Assembly (NCBI GenBank): GCA_963803435.1
Contig: CAWDML010000003.1
Span: 1,024,001-1,088,000, forward strand
Length of the DNA: 64,000 nt
Direction: 5' to 3'
From: an uncultured delta proteobacterium
GTDB taxonomy: Bacteria; Myxococcota; Kuafuiibacteriia; Kuafuiibacteriales; Kuafuiibacteriaceae
Shown: piece by piece, positions 1-10,522 of the stretch
Layout of the letters: the number at the start of each line of letters is the position of its first letter
How positions within the stretch are numbered: position 1 is the first letter of the stretch
The notes under the pieces: generated by a model
What the model was told of the DNA's origin: nothing
Database searches by the model: none
What the model saw: only the letters and a program-made list of their open reading frames with translations
Program-made: the position numbers and the translations under genes

Positions 1-123
1 GTGCCGTTGACGGATCGCGGCCTGGCGTTCGGCACCGGCGACAACCGGTCGCGCGCGGTCGAGATCGTCTTTCCCTGAACCGCGTTGCATTTGTGGGGGG
101 CTTCGGGGCAGGATCACCCCGGT

Positions 124-549
124 ATGGCCCGCCAAGGCGTAGAACACGAAGACGCCATCAACGAGTGGATCAAGGCGTTCGAGAAGCTCCCGGAAGACCG
201 CCAAGAGACGCTCCGGAAGTGGTTCGCCACCCAGAAGGTCATCATCGAGAACTCGGGTCTGTCGCCGGAGGAGTGGTTTGCGTACGTCCAATGGGCCATG
301 GACAACCCGTTCGACTACTCCTTCGTGAAGGACTTTCCGGACCGTGCAGACGACGGAACCGGCGATTCCGCCAAGCGCGAGGACGAGACGCGGACCGCCC
401 GGGCGATGGTGGGGGGCGAGCACGCCGTGACGCCGCTGGCCGGTGGGGAGGGCGTCGCGGAGAAGGCCAAGTCCGAGAAGCCCCTCGAGCGTGAGCTCTT
501 CGACGAGTTCATGAAAAACCGACTGGGCGGCGGTGGTGGCCGAAGGTAA
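124..549 (+). CDS. hypothetical protein (~141 aa, acidic, helical N-terminal half)
   Basis: Protein-like ORF in the 85..549 frame; the ATG at 124 is a more plausible start than TTG 85. No recognised family. Confidence 0.7.
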   Translation: MARQGVEHEDAINEWIKAFEKLPEDRQETLRKWFATQKVIIENSGLSPEEWFAYVQWAMDNPFDYSFVKDFPDRADDGTGDSAKREDETRTARAMVGGEHAVTPLAGGEGVAEKAKSEKPLERELFDEFMKNRLGGGGGRR

Positions 550-594
550 TACTCTGTGGGTCGATGTAAGTACCCGAAAACAGGGAAAAAAGTC

Positions 595-621
595 GCAACG
601 GGGTGGGCGCGCGTCCGATAA
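595..621 (+). promoter_or_regulatory. possible sigma-28 (FliA/WhiG)-like promoter
   Basis: TCCGATAA at 614-621 resembles the GCCGATAA -10 element; GCAA at 595-598 lies 15 nt upstream and is only a weak -35 match. Confidence 0.25.
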
Positions 622-639
622 GTCCGACTGGAGGTTGAA

Positions 640-984
640 ATGTTTGGAACTGCAATCAAGTTGGGCGTCGGGCTGATCGCGGGCGGCCACCTGCTCGGCA
701 AGCTCTTCGGGAGCGATCCCGACTTCACCCAGGCCTACATGATCAACCGGATGACCGGGCAGGGTGGGTTCTGGAAAACGTACTTTTCAGACGGGCTGAA
801 AAAGATGTTTTTGGGCTCCCGAACCGCCGCCGCCATGTGGGGCAGCGGCTATGGCGCAGGTCTCTACCGCAGCCCGTACATGATGGGCATGAACCCGTAC
901 ATGATGAATCCGATGCTGATGGGCGGGATGCCGTACGGAATGGGCTTCGGCGGGATGATGTGGGGCGCGGGCCGCTGCTTCTAG
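640..984 (+). CDS. small Met/Gly/Tyr/Pro-rich protein
   Basis: GGAGG RBS just upstream of ATG 640; hydrophobic Gly-rich N-terminus; low-complexity C-terminus YMMGMNPYMMNPMLMGGMPYGMGFGGMMW. Confidence 0.8.
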   Translation: MFGTAIKLGVGLIAGGHLLGKLFGSDPDFTQAYMINRMTGQGGFWKTYFSDGLKKMFLGSRTAAAMWGSGYGAGLYRSPYMMGMNPYMMNPMLMGGMPYGMGFGGMMWGAGRCF

Positions 985-1005
985 GCCGCGCTTCGGAGGG
1001 GTCGC

Positions 1006-1275
1006 ATGGCGGAGAAGATCGAAAAGCTGGGCCCCCGGGATCGACGGATCACGAAGCACATCTCCGCGATCAGCGAAGCCGGGATGGACATTGAGAAGTT
1101 CGCAGCTGCGCTTCGCGATGTCCGGGACGATCCCCAGATCACCACGGCCCATCGCGACGCCATCTGGAAGACGCTCGCTCAGGAGGCCGCGCAGGCCTAC
1201 TTCGTCTTCGTCACGGGCAAGCCGATCGACATCGAAGCGATGATCGGCGGCGAGATTCCACAGACGCCCGAGTGA
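1006..1275 (+). CDS. hypothetical protein (89 aa)
   Basis: GGAGGGG RBS upstream; 21 nt after the previous stop; helical composition. Confidence 0.75.
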   Translation: MAEKIEKLGPRDRRITKHISAISEAGMDIEKFAAALRDVRDDPQITTAHRDAIWKTLAQEAAQAYFVFVTGKPIDIEAMIGGEIPQTPE

Positions 1276-1278
1276 CGC

Positions 1279-2298
1279 TCACGCCATCGCTCGCTTGAAT
1301 CCTGCGATCGCGAGGTCGATCCCCGCCTCATCCACGTCGAGGTGCGTGACCGCCCGAATCGCGCGCGGCCCCATGGCGTTCACCAGCACGCCCTCCTTCT
1401 TCAAGCGATCCACGACCTCCTGCGCGTCGCGCGTCGTCTCGAGGTAGGCGATGTTGGTGGGGAAGTCGTCGGGGTCGATCGACAGGCCGTCGATCTGGGC
1501 GAGCCCTTCGGTGAGTCGCCGCAGGTGGTGGTGGTCGCGCTCCAGGCGGTCGACGTGGTGCTCGATCGCGAACAGCGCCGCTGCCGCCAGCACGCCCACC
1601 TGACGCATGCCGCCGCCGAGCATCTTACGCTGGCGGTGTGCCTCCTCGATGAACCCGCGATCACCGGCGATGACGCTGCCGATGGGCGCACCCAGCCCCT
1701 TCGAGAAGCAGACGGAGACCGAGTCCGCAGCTGCGGCGAGCTCGCCGAGCGCGCGGCCGCTCTTCACGGACGCGTTCCAGAGGCGCGCGCCGTCGAGATG
1801 GAAGCGAAGACCGCGACGCCTCGCCATCTCGCCGATCGCATGGAGGGCGTCGGCGTCGTAGAGCGTCCCGCCGCCGCCGTTCGAGGTGTTCTCGACGATC
1901 ACCATCGCGGTACGCGCGTAGTGATCCCAGCGCGGTCGGATCGCCGCCTCGATCTGGCTCGCGGTCAAGAGCCCGCGGGTCCCGGGGACCGCGTTGGCCT
2001 GGACGTGGCTGATGCCTCCGAGCGCGCCGCTCTCGTAGAGGAAGGAGTGGCCGTGGCCTTCGACGATCACCTCGTCGCCGGCGCGGGTGAAGACGCGGAC
2101 GGCGATCTGGTTGGCCATCGATCCCGAGACGACGAAGAGCGACGCCTCCTTGCCCAGGCGCTCCGCCATCAGCGCCTGCAGGCGATTGACGGTGGGGTCC
2201 TCTCCATAGACGTCGTCACCGACGTCGGCGTCGGCCATCGCCTTGCGCATGGCCGCCGTCGGCCGAGTCACAGTGTCGGAGCGGAGATCGACAGTCAC
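1279..2298 (-). CDS. ltaE: low-specificity L-threonine aldolase
   Basis: [45 protein letters not shown] (PLP Lys), GGGMRQ. GTG start at 2298 overlaps the upstream TGA (GTGA). Confidence 0.93.
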   Translation of the reverse strand: MTVDLRSDTVTRPTAAMRKAMADADVGDDVYGEDPTVNRLQALMAERLGKEASLFVVSGSMANQIAVRVFTRAGDEVIVEGHGHSFLYESGALGGISHVQANAVPGTRGLLTASQIEAAIRPRWDHYARTAMVIVENTSNGGGGTLYDADALHAIGEMARRRGLRFHLDGARLWNASVKSGRALGELAAAADSVSVCFSKGLGAPIGSVIAGDRGFIEEAHRQRKMLGGGMRQVGVLAAAALFAIEHHVDRLERDHHHLRRLTEGLAQIDGLSIDPDDFPTNIAYLETTRDAQEVVDRLKKEGVLVNAMGPRAIRAVTHLDVDEAGIDLAIAGFKRAMA

Positions 2299-4157
2299 GA
2301 TCGACGGCGAGTGAACGCGATCCCGAGGAGGGAGACAAGCAGGAGCGAGAGCCAGGTGGCGCCGTGCGTCTCGATCGCGGTGCACCCGCACCCGCCGTGG
2401 TCGCGCCCGCCGCCTGCAGTCTTGCACTCGGGGTCGCAAGAGCAGTTGTCGTCGCAGGCGAAGGTCAGGTCGCAGGCGCAGGGGACGCACTCGGGATCGC
2501 ACGCGCAGTTGCCGGTGCCGTCGGCGCTGACGTCGCACGAGAAGGTCACGTCGCACGCGCATCCGGCCGCGCACTGGGGATCGCAGGCGCAGTTGCCGCC
2601 GTTGCCGTCGCCGTCGCAGGCGTCGCTGGTGTCGCAGTCGCAGCCAACCGGGCACATCGGATCGCAGCTACAGTTGTCCTGGCAGCCGTCGCCGGTGTCG
2701 CACGGGCACGGGTTCACGCACTCGGGATCGCAATCGCAGCCCTGATCGCAGGCGCCGAGGGTGACGTCGCAGGTGCACTCGGGCTGACACATCGCGGTGG
2801 GCAGGCAGATGGTGCTGGGGCTGCCCGTGAACTCCTGGCAGCAGTAGTCCGCCGGGCAGGAGCCGGCGCTGGTGCAGGGCCGGGTGCAGAGGCCGACCGG
2901 CGGGCTGCCCACAGAGGGCAGGCAGACGTTCGCCTCGAGCTGATCGCAGTCGTCGATGCTGGCGCAGGGGCCGCCGATCGGAGACTTGGGATCCGCCATC
3001 AGCGCATAGTCGAGCTCACCGAGGTTGCGGGTGCCCTGCTTGAAGCCGGTGGCGTAGTCGTCGACGAGGCCCTCGAACTCGATCTTCTGCGCGTTGCTGA
3101 GGCCTCCGGTCTGGCCTGCGAGCATGACGAAGGCGACGCGCCAGCGCGTGGGCGCGACGCCCGCGGCGGGGTTGCGATCGCCGTGGAGGGTCTGGATGTC
3201 GGCGATCGTGAGGTCGACGCGCGTCCCGCTGATCGTCGCCGGCTGGATGATCTGCGGCGGGGAGCTCTTGGTGATCGTCTGTCCGAAGAGGTCCGTCTGG
3301 CCGTTGACGTTGGGGTTCGTGATCACGAACCACGGCATCACATCGCCCGGTGCAATGAGGCCCATCAGGTAGAGATCGAGATCGCTGTAGTGCCAGTTGT
3401 TGGTGCCGGTGATGGTGGTGAACGTACCGTTCTGGTTGTCGCGCCAGTTGTTGCCTTCCATCGGCGATCCGCCGGTCTGGAGGAAGAAGCTCCAGTGGCT
3501 GTCGTCGCGACCGAGCATGACGTCGGGGCCGGCGCCGTTTCCATTCGGACCGGCGTTGGTGAAAGAGGCCCAGCGATGACCCGCCTCCTGGTTGAAGACG
3601 CTTCGCGCCTGCGCTCGGATGACCTCCTGCGGCGCGCCCTGGAAGACCTGTTCGAAGGACTTCCAGTAGTTCATGAAGACGAAGCCCTCGCGCGGATCCA
3701 AGCCATTGCCGTCGAAGAGATCGCTGCCGATACCGCGGGTGCTGTTCGACTCGGGCGAGTAGAAGAACGCACCGACGCCGGTCTCGAACGCGGTGAAGAG
3801 GTAGACGAAGATGAAGTCGTCCGGAACGGCCTGATAAAGCTCGTTCAGCGCGAAGTTGAACGACTCGAAGAGGTCCTGCTGGCGCTGCCAGGGGATGGTG
3901 AGGGACCCGTCGGTGTCCTGGATGTAGACGTAGTTTCGCCGGACCTCGACGGCCGGGAGCCCCGCCAGGCCCTTCTGCTCGGCGTACGTCGGCTTTTGAC
4001 CGTGAATGTAGGCGTAGTCGAGCCGATTCCGGATCGCGGGGCTTCCGGACAGGTCGTAGCGGGCTTCGGTCCGACCGAACAGATCCTGCGCCTGCGCCGG
4101 TCGAGCGGCGGCGACAAATCCACAGAGGAGGAGGAGGGCAGTACAGCGAATCTTCAT
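2295..4157 (-). CDS. secreted zincin-like / Cys-rich repeat surface protein with MYXO-CTERM-type sorting signal
   Basis: Signal peptide from ATG 4157; NQEAGHRW motif; 5 repeats of CxCD..CD..CxCDPxC; C-terminal GGCGC + hydrophobic helix + RRRS. Confidence 0.8.
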   Translation of the reverse strand: MKIRCTALLLLCGFVAAARPAQAQDLFGRTEARYDLSGSPAIRNRLDYAYIHGQKPTYAEQKGLAGLPAVEVRRNYVYIQDTDGSLTIPWQRQQDLFESFNFALNELYQAVPDDFIFVYLFTAFETGVGAFFYSPESNSTRGIGSDLFDGNGLDPREGFVFMNYWKSFEQVFQGAPQEVIRAQARSVFNQEAGHRWASFTNAGPNGNGAGPDVMLGRDDSHWSFFLQTGGSPMEGNNWRDNQNGTFTTITGTNNWHYSDLDLYLMGLIAPGDVMPWFVITNPNVNGQTDLFGQTITKSSPPQIIQPATISGTRVDLTIADIQTLHGDRNPAAGVAPTRWRVAFVMLAGQTGGLSNAQKIEFEGLVDDYATGFKQGTRNLGELDYALMADPKSPIGGPCASIDDCDQLEANVCLPSVGSPPVGLCTRPCTSAGSCPADYCCQEFTGSPSTICLPTAMCQPECTCDVTLGACDQGCDCDPECVNPCPCDTGDGCQDNCSCDPMCPVGCDCDTSDACDGDGNGGNCACDPQCAAGCACDVTFSCDVSADGTGNCACDPECVPCACDLTFACDDNCSCDPECKTAGGGRDHGGCGCTAIETHGATWLSLLLVSLLGIAFTRRRS

Positions 4158-4274
4158 TGGTGGAGTGGTCCCAGGTCCCACTCGCTACCGTCCCGTTTTG
4201 GAGGCAGGTCCGACCATCCGCCGAGCGTCCTATGGCGTCTATTACGTAAGGGCCGGAGTTCCCTTGGGATTTGA

Positions 4275-4347
4275 AGCCCGCAGTCGGACTCGAACCAACG
4301 ACCTGCGCATTACGAATGCGCTGCTCTACCAGCTGAGCTATGCGGGC
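4275..4347 (-). tRNA. tRNA-Thr (CGT)
   Basis: Minus strand GCCCGCATAGCTCAGCTGGTAGAGCAGCGCATTCGTAATGCGCAGGTCGTTGGTTCGAGTCCGACTGCGGGCT forms a cloverleaf with anticodon CGT; CCA is not encoded. Confidence 0.95.
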
Positions 4348-4404
4348 GGGGGGCGCGGTTTAGCTAACACGGAGAGGGGTCGACGGGAACACTTCTCTTC
4401 CAAG

Positions 4405-4464
4405 CCCGTATTTACCCGTATATTGAGCTTTAATTTACGCATAATTTAACATCATTACTCTCCA
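4405..4464. promoter_or_regulatory. AT-rich divergent promoter region
   Basis: Strongly AT-rich patch (TATATTGAGCTTTAATTTACGCATAATTTAACATCATTAC) in GC-rich DNA, between divergent tRNA-Thr and the ORF at 4465. Confidence 0.5.
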
Positions 4465-5406
4465 ATGCTGCAGGCCCTCCTTTTTCTGATCCCTGCCGCC
4501 GACGTCGAGAGCGTCCGCTCCGTCCTGTCGAGCGACCAACCCGGCTCGGTGCAAAGACCGATCGCACTGTCGGATCCAGGGGCCGTGGCCGCCGTGTGCA
4601 GCCTGGTCTCGCGGCGCTCGCCCGTCGATCCCGAAGACGACCTGGCGGAGGCCGATCAGAAGCAGGAGGCCTTCGAAGCCGAGCGGAAGGTGACGTTCGC
4701 GAAGGTCTACCGCGCCACGGTCGATCCCAAGAACGTCCGCTTCGATCCCTACGACGCCGAGGCAGGCGCGCTTCCGGTGGCGACCGAGCGGGCGCTGCCG
4801 GCCCTCGACGGTGCGCTCCTCCTCACGGTGATGGACCGCCAGGGCGCTGCGTTCGAGGTGAAGGTGGACGAGGCGAAGCGGCTCGTCGAGCAGGCGAGCC
4901 AGAAGCAGCTGCGCCTCGCGGTGACGTTTCAGGTCGACGACCATCTCGCCGACCAGGTCAGCCCCTGCTTCAGCTATCCGAAGAGCGAGAGCGCCTCGCT
5001 CCGCGTGCGACCGCTCCGCTATGCGCTCCTCGACTCGGGAGGCCAGGAGCTGGCCGCGGTCTCCACCCCACGCATGGAGGCGCTCGACGAATGGCTCGAG
5101 CACAAGGGCGCGAAGACCGAGCTCTCGAGCCACGTCGTCAACGGCGTCGTCAATCAGGCGGCGCTCGATCGGGCGATCGAGGGGAAGCGGAGCGCGGTCG
5201 ACGCCTGTCTCGAGCGGGCCGGCGATGCGCCCTCGTTCGGCCTGCTGGCCGCCGTCGCGGGCGGGAAGCTGGCGGACGTCAAGGTGGAGATGGAGGCGTC
5301 CGACGATCCCGACGCGGCGGCATGCCTGGCACGCACGCTGGCGGGGACGGCCGCACCGCGGGCTTCGGGCGGCGCGTCGGTCAGCGTGGTGGTCTCGCGC
5401 GAGTAG
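4465..5406 (+). CDS. hypothetical exported protein, C-terminus resembling AgmX/PglI (TonB-C-like) domains
   Basis: Short hydrophobic N-terminus; C-terminal LDRAIEGKRSAVDACLERA...AAACLARTL pattern. Confidence 0.6.
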   Translation: MLQALLFLIPAADVESVRSVLSSDQPGSVQRPIALSDPGAVAAVCSLVSRRSPVDPEDDLAEADQKQEAFEAERKVTFAKVYRATVDPKNVRFDPYDAEAGALPVATERALPALDGALLLTVMDRQGAAFEVKVDEAKRLVEQASQKQLRLAVTFQVDDHLADQVSPCFSYPKSESASLRVRPLRYALLDSGGQELAAVSTPRMEALDEWLEHKGAKTELSSHVVNGVVNQAALDRAIEGKRSAVDACLERAGDAPSFGLLAAVAGGKLADVKVEMEASDDPDAAACLARTLAGTAAPRASGGASVSVVVSRE

Positions 5407-5447
5407 CCGGGCAGGGCATCGGAAGAGATCGCGGGGCGGGCGGCAGG

Positions 5448-6008
5448 TCAGCCCGGACGCCAGAACACGCGGATCCCGGCGACGCCCTCGACGCCGGTGG
5501 CGAGCACGGCGTCGACGTCGTCCACTCCGATCCCGCCGAGCGCATAGATTCCTCCGGCGACGGCGGCCTCGCGCAGCGCCGGGAGCCCGAGCGGCGCGCC
5601 CTTGCCCGGGCTCGGGAAGACCGGTGAGAGCGTCACCAGATGGGCCCCCTCGCGCCGGCGTGCGATCGCGTCGGCGGCGGTATGGGCCGAGGCGCCGATC
5701 GAACGGCCCGGTCCGAGCAACGCCCGCGCGTCCTCAACCTTCAGGCCGTCCTCGGGCAGGTGCACGCCGACACCGTCGAAGCAGAGCGCGAGGTCGGCGC
5801 GGCTGTTCACCAGGAGGCGGGCGCCCGACATCGAGGGGAGCAGCGCTTCGATCCAGCTGAAGAGCTCGCGCACGGGTAGGTCCTTCTCGCGAAGCTGGAT
5901 TGTGAGCGCGGGTCCGTAGCGCCTGCAGAGCGCGCGGATCGCGTCCACCGGATCGGGTCCCATCAGGCGGCGGTCGGTGATGGCGTAGAGCGCGCGGGCG
6001 CGGATCAA
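5448..6008 (-). CDS. thiE: thiamine-phosphate synthase (ThiE/TenI family)
   Basis: [41 protein letters not shown]; coupled to thiG. Confidence 0.85.
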   Translation of the reverse strand: MIRARALYAITDRRLMGPDPVDAIRALCRRYGPALTIQLREKDLPVRELFSWIEALLPSMSGARLLVNSRADLALCFDGVGVHLPEDGLKVEDARALLGPGRSIGASAHTAADAIARRREGAHLVTLSPVFPSPGKGAPLGLPALREAAVAGGIYALGGIGVDDVDAVLATGVEGVAGIRVFWRPG

Positions 6009-6769
6009 GAGATCAGGCCTTCGAGGGGCGAGGACGCGGTGGCGTACAGCTTCCTCGGCACTCGCCCGGCGAGGAAGGCCTTGCGCCCGGCGATGACGCC
6101 GTCGCGCATGGCTTCGGCCATGAGCAGCGGATCGCGGGCGCCGGCGATCCCGGTGTTCATGAGGACGGCGGTGACGCCGAGCTCCATCGCGACGGCCGCG
6201 TCGGAGGCTGTCCCGACGCCGGCATCGACGATCACCGGAACCTTGGCTTGCTCGAGGATGATGCGGAGGTTGTACGGGTTCCGGATCCCCAGCCCCGAGC
6301 CGATCGGCGCCGCCAGCGGCATGACCGCCGCACAGCCCAGCTCCTGCAGTCGGAGCGAAGCCACCGGATCGTCGGTGATGTACGGAAGCACGTGGAAGCC
6401 TTCCTTCACCAGCGTCGCGGCCGCCGCCAGGGTCTCGGGGACGTCGGGGAAGAGGGTGGCCGGGTCGCCGATGACCTCGAGCTTCACAAAGTCGGTCATG
6501 CCGGCCTCGCGCGCCAGGCGCGCCGTGCGGACCGCGTCGTCGGCGGTGTAGCAGCCCGCGGTGTTGGGGAGCAGCTTCACGCCCTCGGGGATGGCGGACA
6601 GGATCGAGTCGCTGCCGGTCAGGCTGACGCGGCGCACCGCGACGGTCACGATCTCAGCGCCCGAGCGGACGATCGCCTCCCGCGTCTCGGCCGCGTCGCG
6701 GTACTTGCCGGTGCCGACGATCAGCCGCGAGCGGAACGTGTGGCCGGCGAGTTGAAACGTGTCGTTCAT
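6005..6769 (-). CDS. thiG: thiazole synthase
   Basis: [52 protein letters not shown]. Confidence 0.97.
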   Translation of the reverse strand: MNDTFQLAGHTFRSRLIVGTGKYRDAAETREAIVRSGAEIVTVAVRRVSLTGSDSILSAIPEGVKLLPNTAGCYTADDAVRTARLAREAGMTDFVKLEVIGDPATLFPDVPETLAAAATLVKEGFHVLPYITDDPVASLRLQELGCAAVMPLAAPIGSGLGIRNPYNLRIILEQAKVPVIVDAGVGTASDAAVAMELGVTAVLMNTGIAGARDPLLMAEAMRDGVIAGRKAFLAGRVPRKLYATASSPLEGLIS

Positions 6770-6973
6770 TCAGACTCCTCCACCGACGAAGGAGACGATC
6801 TCGACCTGGTCCCCCTCCGAGAGGATGCGGTGGTCGAGCTGGTCCCGACGGATCACGTCGAGGTTCACCTCGACCGCGACGCGCGCCTCCTTGATCGAGA
6901 GCGCCTGGAGCAGCGCGCGCACGCTGACGCCCTCGGCGATCTCACGCCCCTCACCGTTGACGGTGATCCGCAT
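6770..6973 (-). CDS. thiS: sulfur carrier protein ThiS
   Basis: MRITVNGE...VAVEVN...GDQVEIVSFVGGGV; ATG at 6973; directly upstream of thiG. Confidence 0.93.
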   Translation of the reverse strand: MRITVNGEGREIAEGVSVRALLQALSIKEARVAVEVNLDVIRRDQLDHRILSEGDQVEIVSFVGGGV

Positions 6974-7005
6974 CGGGGCGAGCAGAGTCCGGGCGAACGG
7001 ACGAG

Positions 7006-10000
7006 TCAACCGGCAGTGTCGAGGATCCCGCGCGCCGTGTCCTTCATGTCGTCGGGCGCGTTGGGCAGGTCGATGCACTTCTTCAACGCCTTGCGTGCGT
7101 CAGGGGTGAGGCGTCCCCGGCTCTTCGCGATCCCGAGCTGGCACCAGGCGTCGCCGCGGTTGGCATCGGCGCGAACCGCGCGCTCGTAGTACTTCGTGGC
7201 GTCCTTGTCCTCGCCGCGACGGCTGAGAATGTTTCCAACCTGCAGGAGCGCTTTCGCGTTGTTCGGATCGAACTTGATCGCCTTCTGGAACGCCTCCATC
7301 GCGTCCGAGTCCTTGTTCTGGCGCGTGTAGGCTTCGCCGATGTCGGCCCAGATGGTCCGATCCTCGGGCCGGGACTCCTGATACTTCCGGAAGGCATCGA
7401 GCGCCTTGTCGAACTGGTGCCGCTCGATGGCGGTCCATCCCAGGGCCCGATGCGCGTTGGCGAGGCGGCTGTTGAGGCTGACGGCCTTCTCGTAGGCGGT
7501 GATCGCCTCGTACAGGGAGTTGTTCGCCTCGAGCACGCGCCCCAGCCAGTACTGATACTCGGCGTTGCGCGGCTCCAGCTCGGCCGCGTTGCGCATCGCC
7601 TGCGCCGCGTCGTCGTTGCGCTTCTCGCTCAGCGCGGCGCGGGCCTCCCAGAAGAGCACGTCGGCGCGGCGCTCCCCGCCTGCGAGCTCGATCTTGTGGG
7701 CCCTGGCCAGCGAGGCCTTCGCCTTCTCCAGCTCCGGCGGAGTCCGGTCGAGGAAGGCGGCCACCATCTTGAGGTGCGGGCGGACGTCCTTCTCGTCGAA
7801 GGAGGCGGCCTCCTCGTAGAGCGCGAGCGCACCGGTGAGGTCGCCTTCGATCTCGAGCGCACGACCGTACTCGAAGAGCACCGTGGGGTTCTTGGGCGAC
7901 TGGGCGAGCGCTGCCAGGTAGACGGGGATCGACTCGGCCAGGCGGGTCGAATCGGACGGCTTGCGCTCGCGGAGGGCCATGTCGCGGAGTGCGTTGGCGC
8001 ATCCGACCTGCGCGGCCACCAGCTCATCGTCGAGCTCCATCGCCTGCTGGAAGGTCGCGAGGGCCTCCTCGAGCTGGTTGCGCCGCGCGTAGCACTCGCC
8101 GAGGAGCACGTGCGCGACCGCGTTGTTCGAAGCCAGCTTGACCGCCTGGGTCGCGTCGTCGAACGCCGCGTCGACGTCGCCGAGCGAGAGCTCGATGCGA
8201 CCCAGCTCGATCAGCGGCATCGGATCGTCGCGGGCGAGCTTGATCGCGCGGGCGAGCGCGCCACGGGCGTCGGTGATCTTGCCGAGCTTGATGTTGAAGC
8301 GCGCCTCCCAGAGGGACACGCGGTGATCCTTGGGCAGCGCGGTCCGGGCGCTCTCCAGATCGAGGAACGCCTTGGCGACATCGTCGAGCGCGAAGAAGAC
8401 GCGGGCCCGCGCGATCAGGAGGTTGCCGTCGTTCGGCGCGCGCGCGATGTTCACGCCGATCCGCTGCTGCGCCTCGTCGAGCTTGCCGCTCTCCGCCAGC
8501 GCCGCCGCCGCCGTGGCCACGTACGCGTTGTTGGTGGGATCGAGGCGCGCGGCCTCGAGCGCCGCCTCGACCGCCCGCGGATCGCTCAGCATCCCGGCGT
8601 CGTCGAAGGCGACCGCGGTGGCGTTGAGGAAGCTCGCTCGATCCGTCGGCGGCAGCCCTCGTTCCGCCTTGCTGGCGGTGATGGCCATGGTCCGCCGGCG
8701 ATCGCCGTAGCGGTTCAGCGCCTTGAAGATCGCGGAGGCCATCACGCCCGAGCGTGCGTGCGCCGGCTGGGCCTCGAGGGCCTTCATGTACCAGACCGCG
8801 GCGTCGTCGGCCGCGGTCGGCGACTCGCTCGCCGCCACCACGTCGCCGATCGCGTGGAGCGCCGGGGCGTAGTTGGGGGCGGCGACGATGGCCTTGTCGA
8901 GGGCCTCGAGCGCGCCCGGGACGTCGTTCAACTTGAAGCGGGCGAGGCCGAGGAGCAGCGCCAGCTCCTTGTCGTCGCTCCGTTGCTCGAGCAGCGCGGC
9001 CAGCTGGCTCGCCGCCGACTCGGCCTGTCCCGTGAGGATCTCCAGCGCCGAGCGGGCCTTGAGGATCTCCACGTTCGCGGCGGCGGCGTTGCCGCCCATC
9101 GCCTTGGCGAGATCGACGGTGTTGAGCGCGTCGACGCTCTTCTTGAGCTCCGCGATTGGGAAGTCCTTCTCCCCGTAGGCCAGGGTGGCGAAGCCGCGCG
9201 CCTTGGCCTCCGCCAGCATGTTGTCGGGGAGGCCGGGCCCCGCCTGCTCGATCGTCGCGAAGACCGAGCGGAAGGCCTCGTACGAGTGCTCGTCGATCAG
9301 GTTGGCGATCTCCTTGGGATCGGCGACCTTCGGCGGCGGGGGCGGCGGCTTCACCGGCTCGGGGGGCGGAGCCTCGCGGGTGATGGCGGCGATCAGGCCT
9401 TTGACTCCGAACGCGCCGTACGGCGTGAAGAGCTGCGTGAAGACGCCGATCAGGACGGCGACGATCACGGCCAGGAAGATCAGGATGGGCTTTCGATAGG
9501 TCTGCCAGATCGGCGGCAGGTCCGGGATCTCGCCCACCTCGAGCTCGTCGTCGCCGCGGGGGCGCGCGCGGGGCTCGCGGGGCGGCGGCGCGCCGGAGGG
9601 CGCATGGACCGCAGGATCCTCTTCCTCCAGATCGAGGCTGGTGAACGTGGGATCGGCGTATGAGGGACCCGGCGGCGGCGGAACGGGGGCGCTGCGCGCG
9701 GGCGCGTTGGACTCGAGCCCGAGATCCAGATCGGCGCCTATCCCCAGATCGACGTTGCCGAACGCCAGCATCGGATCGGAGCTCGCGGCGGCGGCTTGGT
9801 TGATCGCCTGGTTGAGCTCCGGGTGGCTCGTCATCGCGCGCCAGGAGACGCCGTCCTCCGAGATGTCCTCGTTGCCGGTGTACTCGGCGTTCCTCAGCAT
9901 CGCGAGGATCCGGCCCAGACCTACCGGACCTTCGACGCGGCCGTTCCGGCGGCGCACCTTGAACTCGGGCTGCGCCGCGCCGTGGCCAATCCCCCCGGCT

Positions 10001-10419
10001 TTCTCGGCGGTGCTGTCGATGAAGTCGAGGACGCCGCTCTCGTTCAGCGTCCGGCCCTTCGGCGCCGGCGGCGGAGGCTTGGCGAGGCCGGGCAGGTTGC
10101 GCGGGCCCGGGAAATCCATTCCGCGGGGGACGGGAAGGTTGTCGCCGGAGTCGTCGAGCCCGAGGTCGAGGTCGTCGAGGAGATCGTCCGAGGCGCCGTG
10201 CTTCTTGGCGACCGCGCCCGGGAGGGCGACGGCGCTGCTCTTCCGGCCAGGGAGCGGAACAGGGTTACTGCTACGCGTACCCGGCAGCGCCACCGCCTCT
10301 TCGCGCTTCGCGACGAAGGTATGGGCGCACTTGGGGCACTTGATGGTGACGCCGCTGGGCGGCACACGGCTGTCGTCCACCGAGTATTTGGTTTGGCAGG
10401 ACGGGCACGAAACGTTCAT
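7006..10419 (-). CDS. zinc-ribbon (MJ0042-type) + TM + tetratricopeptide-repeat protein
   Basis: N-terminal CPSC...CPKC; Pro/acidic linker; one TM helix (PILIFLAVIVAVLIGVF); long TPR array to the C-terminus. Confidence 0.88.
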   Translation of the reverse strand: MNVSCPSCQTKYSVDDSRVPPSGVTIKCPKCAHTFVAKREEAVALPGTRSSNPVPLPGRKSSAVALPGAVAKKHGASDDLLDDLDLGLDDSGDNLPVPRGMDFPGPRNLPGLAKPPPPAPKGRTLNESGVLDFIDSTAEKAGGIGHGAAQPEFKVRRRNGRVEGPVGLGRILAMLRNAEYTGNEDISEDGVSWRAMTSHPELNQAINQAAAASSDPMLAFGNVDLGIGADLDLGLESNAPARSAPVPPPPGPSYADPTFTSLDLEEEDPAVHAPSGAPPPREPRARPRGDDELEVGEIPDLPPIWQTYRKPILIFLAVIVAVLIGVFTQLFTPYGAFGVKGLIAAITREAPPPEPVKPPPPPPKVADPKEIANLIDEHSYEAFRSVFATIEQAGPGLPDNMLAEAKARGFATLAYGEKDFPIAELKKSVDALNTVDLAKAMGGNAAAANVEILKARSALEILTGQAESAASQLAALLEQRSDDKELALLLGLARFKLNDVPGALEALDKAIVAAPNYAPALHAIGDVVAASESPTAADDAAVWYMKALEAQPAHARSGVMASAIFKALNRYGDRRRTMAITASKAERGLPPTDRASFLNATAVAFDDAGMLSDPRAVEAALEAARLDPTNNAYVATAAAALAESGKLDEAQQRIGVNIARAPNDGNLLIARARVFFALDDVAKAFLDLESARTALPKDHRVSLWEARFNIKLGKITDARGALARAIKLARDDPMPLIELGRIELSLGDVDAAFDDATQAVKLASNNAVAHVLLGECYARRNQLEEALATFQQAMELDDELVAAQVGCANALRDMALRERKPSDSTRLAESIPVYLAALAQSPKNPTVLFEYGRALEIEGDLTGALALYEEAASFDEKDVRPHLKMVAAFLDRTPPELEKAKASLARAHKIELAGGERRADVLFWEARAALSEKRNDDAAQAMRNAAELEPRNAEYQYWLGRVLEANNSLYEAITAYEKAVSLNSRLANAHRALGWTAIERHQFDKALDAFRKYQESRPEDRTIWADIGEAYTRQNKDSDAMEAFQKAIKFDPNNAKALLQVGNILSRRGEDKDATKYYERAVRADANRGDAWCQLGIAKSRGRLTPDARKALKKCIDLPNAPDDMKDTARGILDTAG

Positions 10420-10522
10420 CGCGGTCGATCTCGGGACGGCTTGGGAACGCTACCAGGAGGTCGGAGTCCTGTCGATGTGGCCGACCTTGACGGGTTTTGG
10501 GCTGGCGGTTATCTGACCCGGA

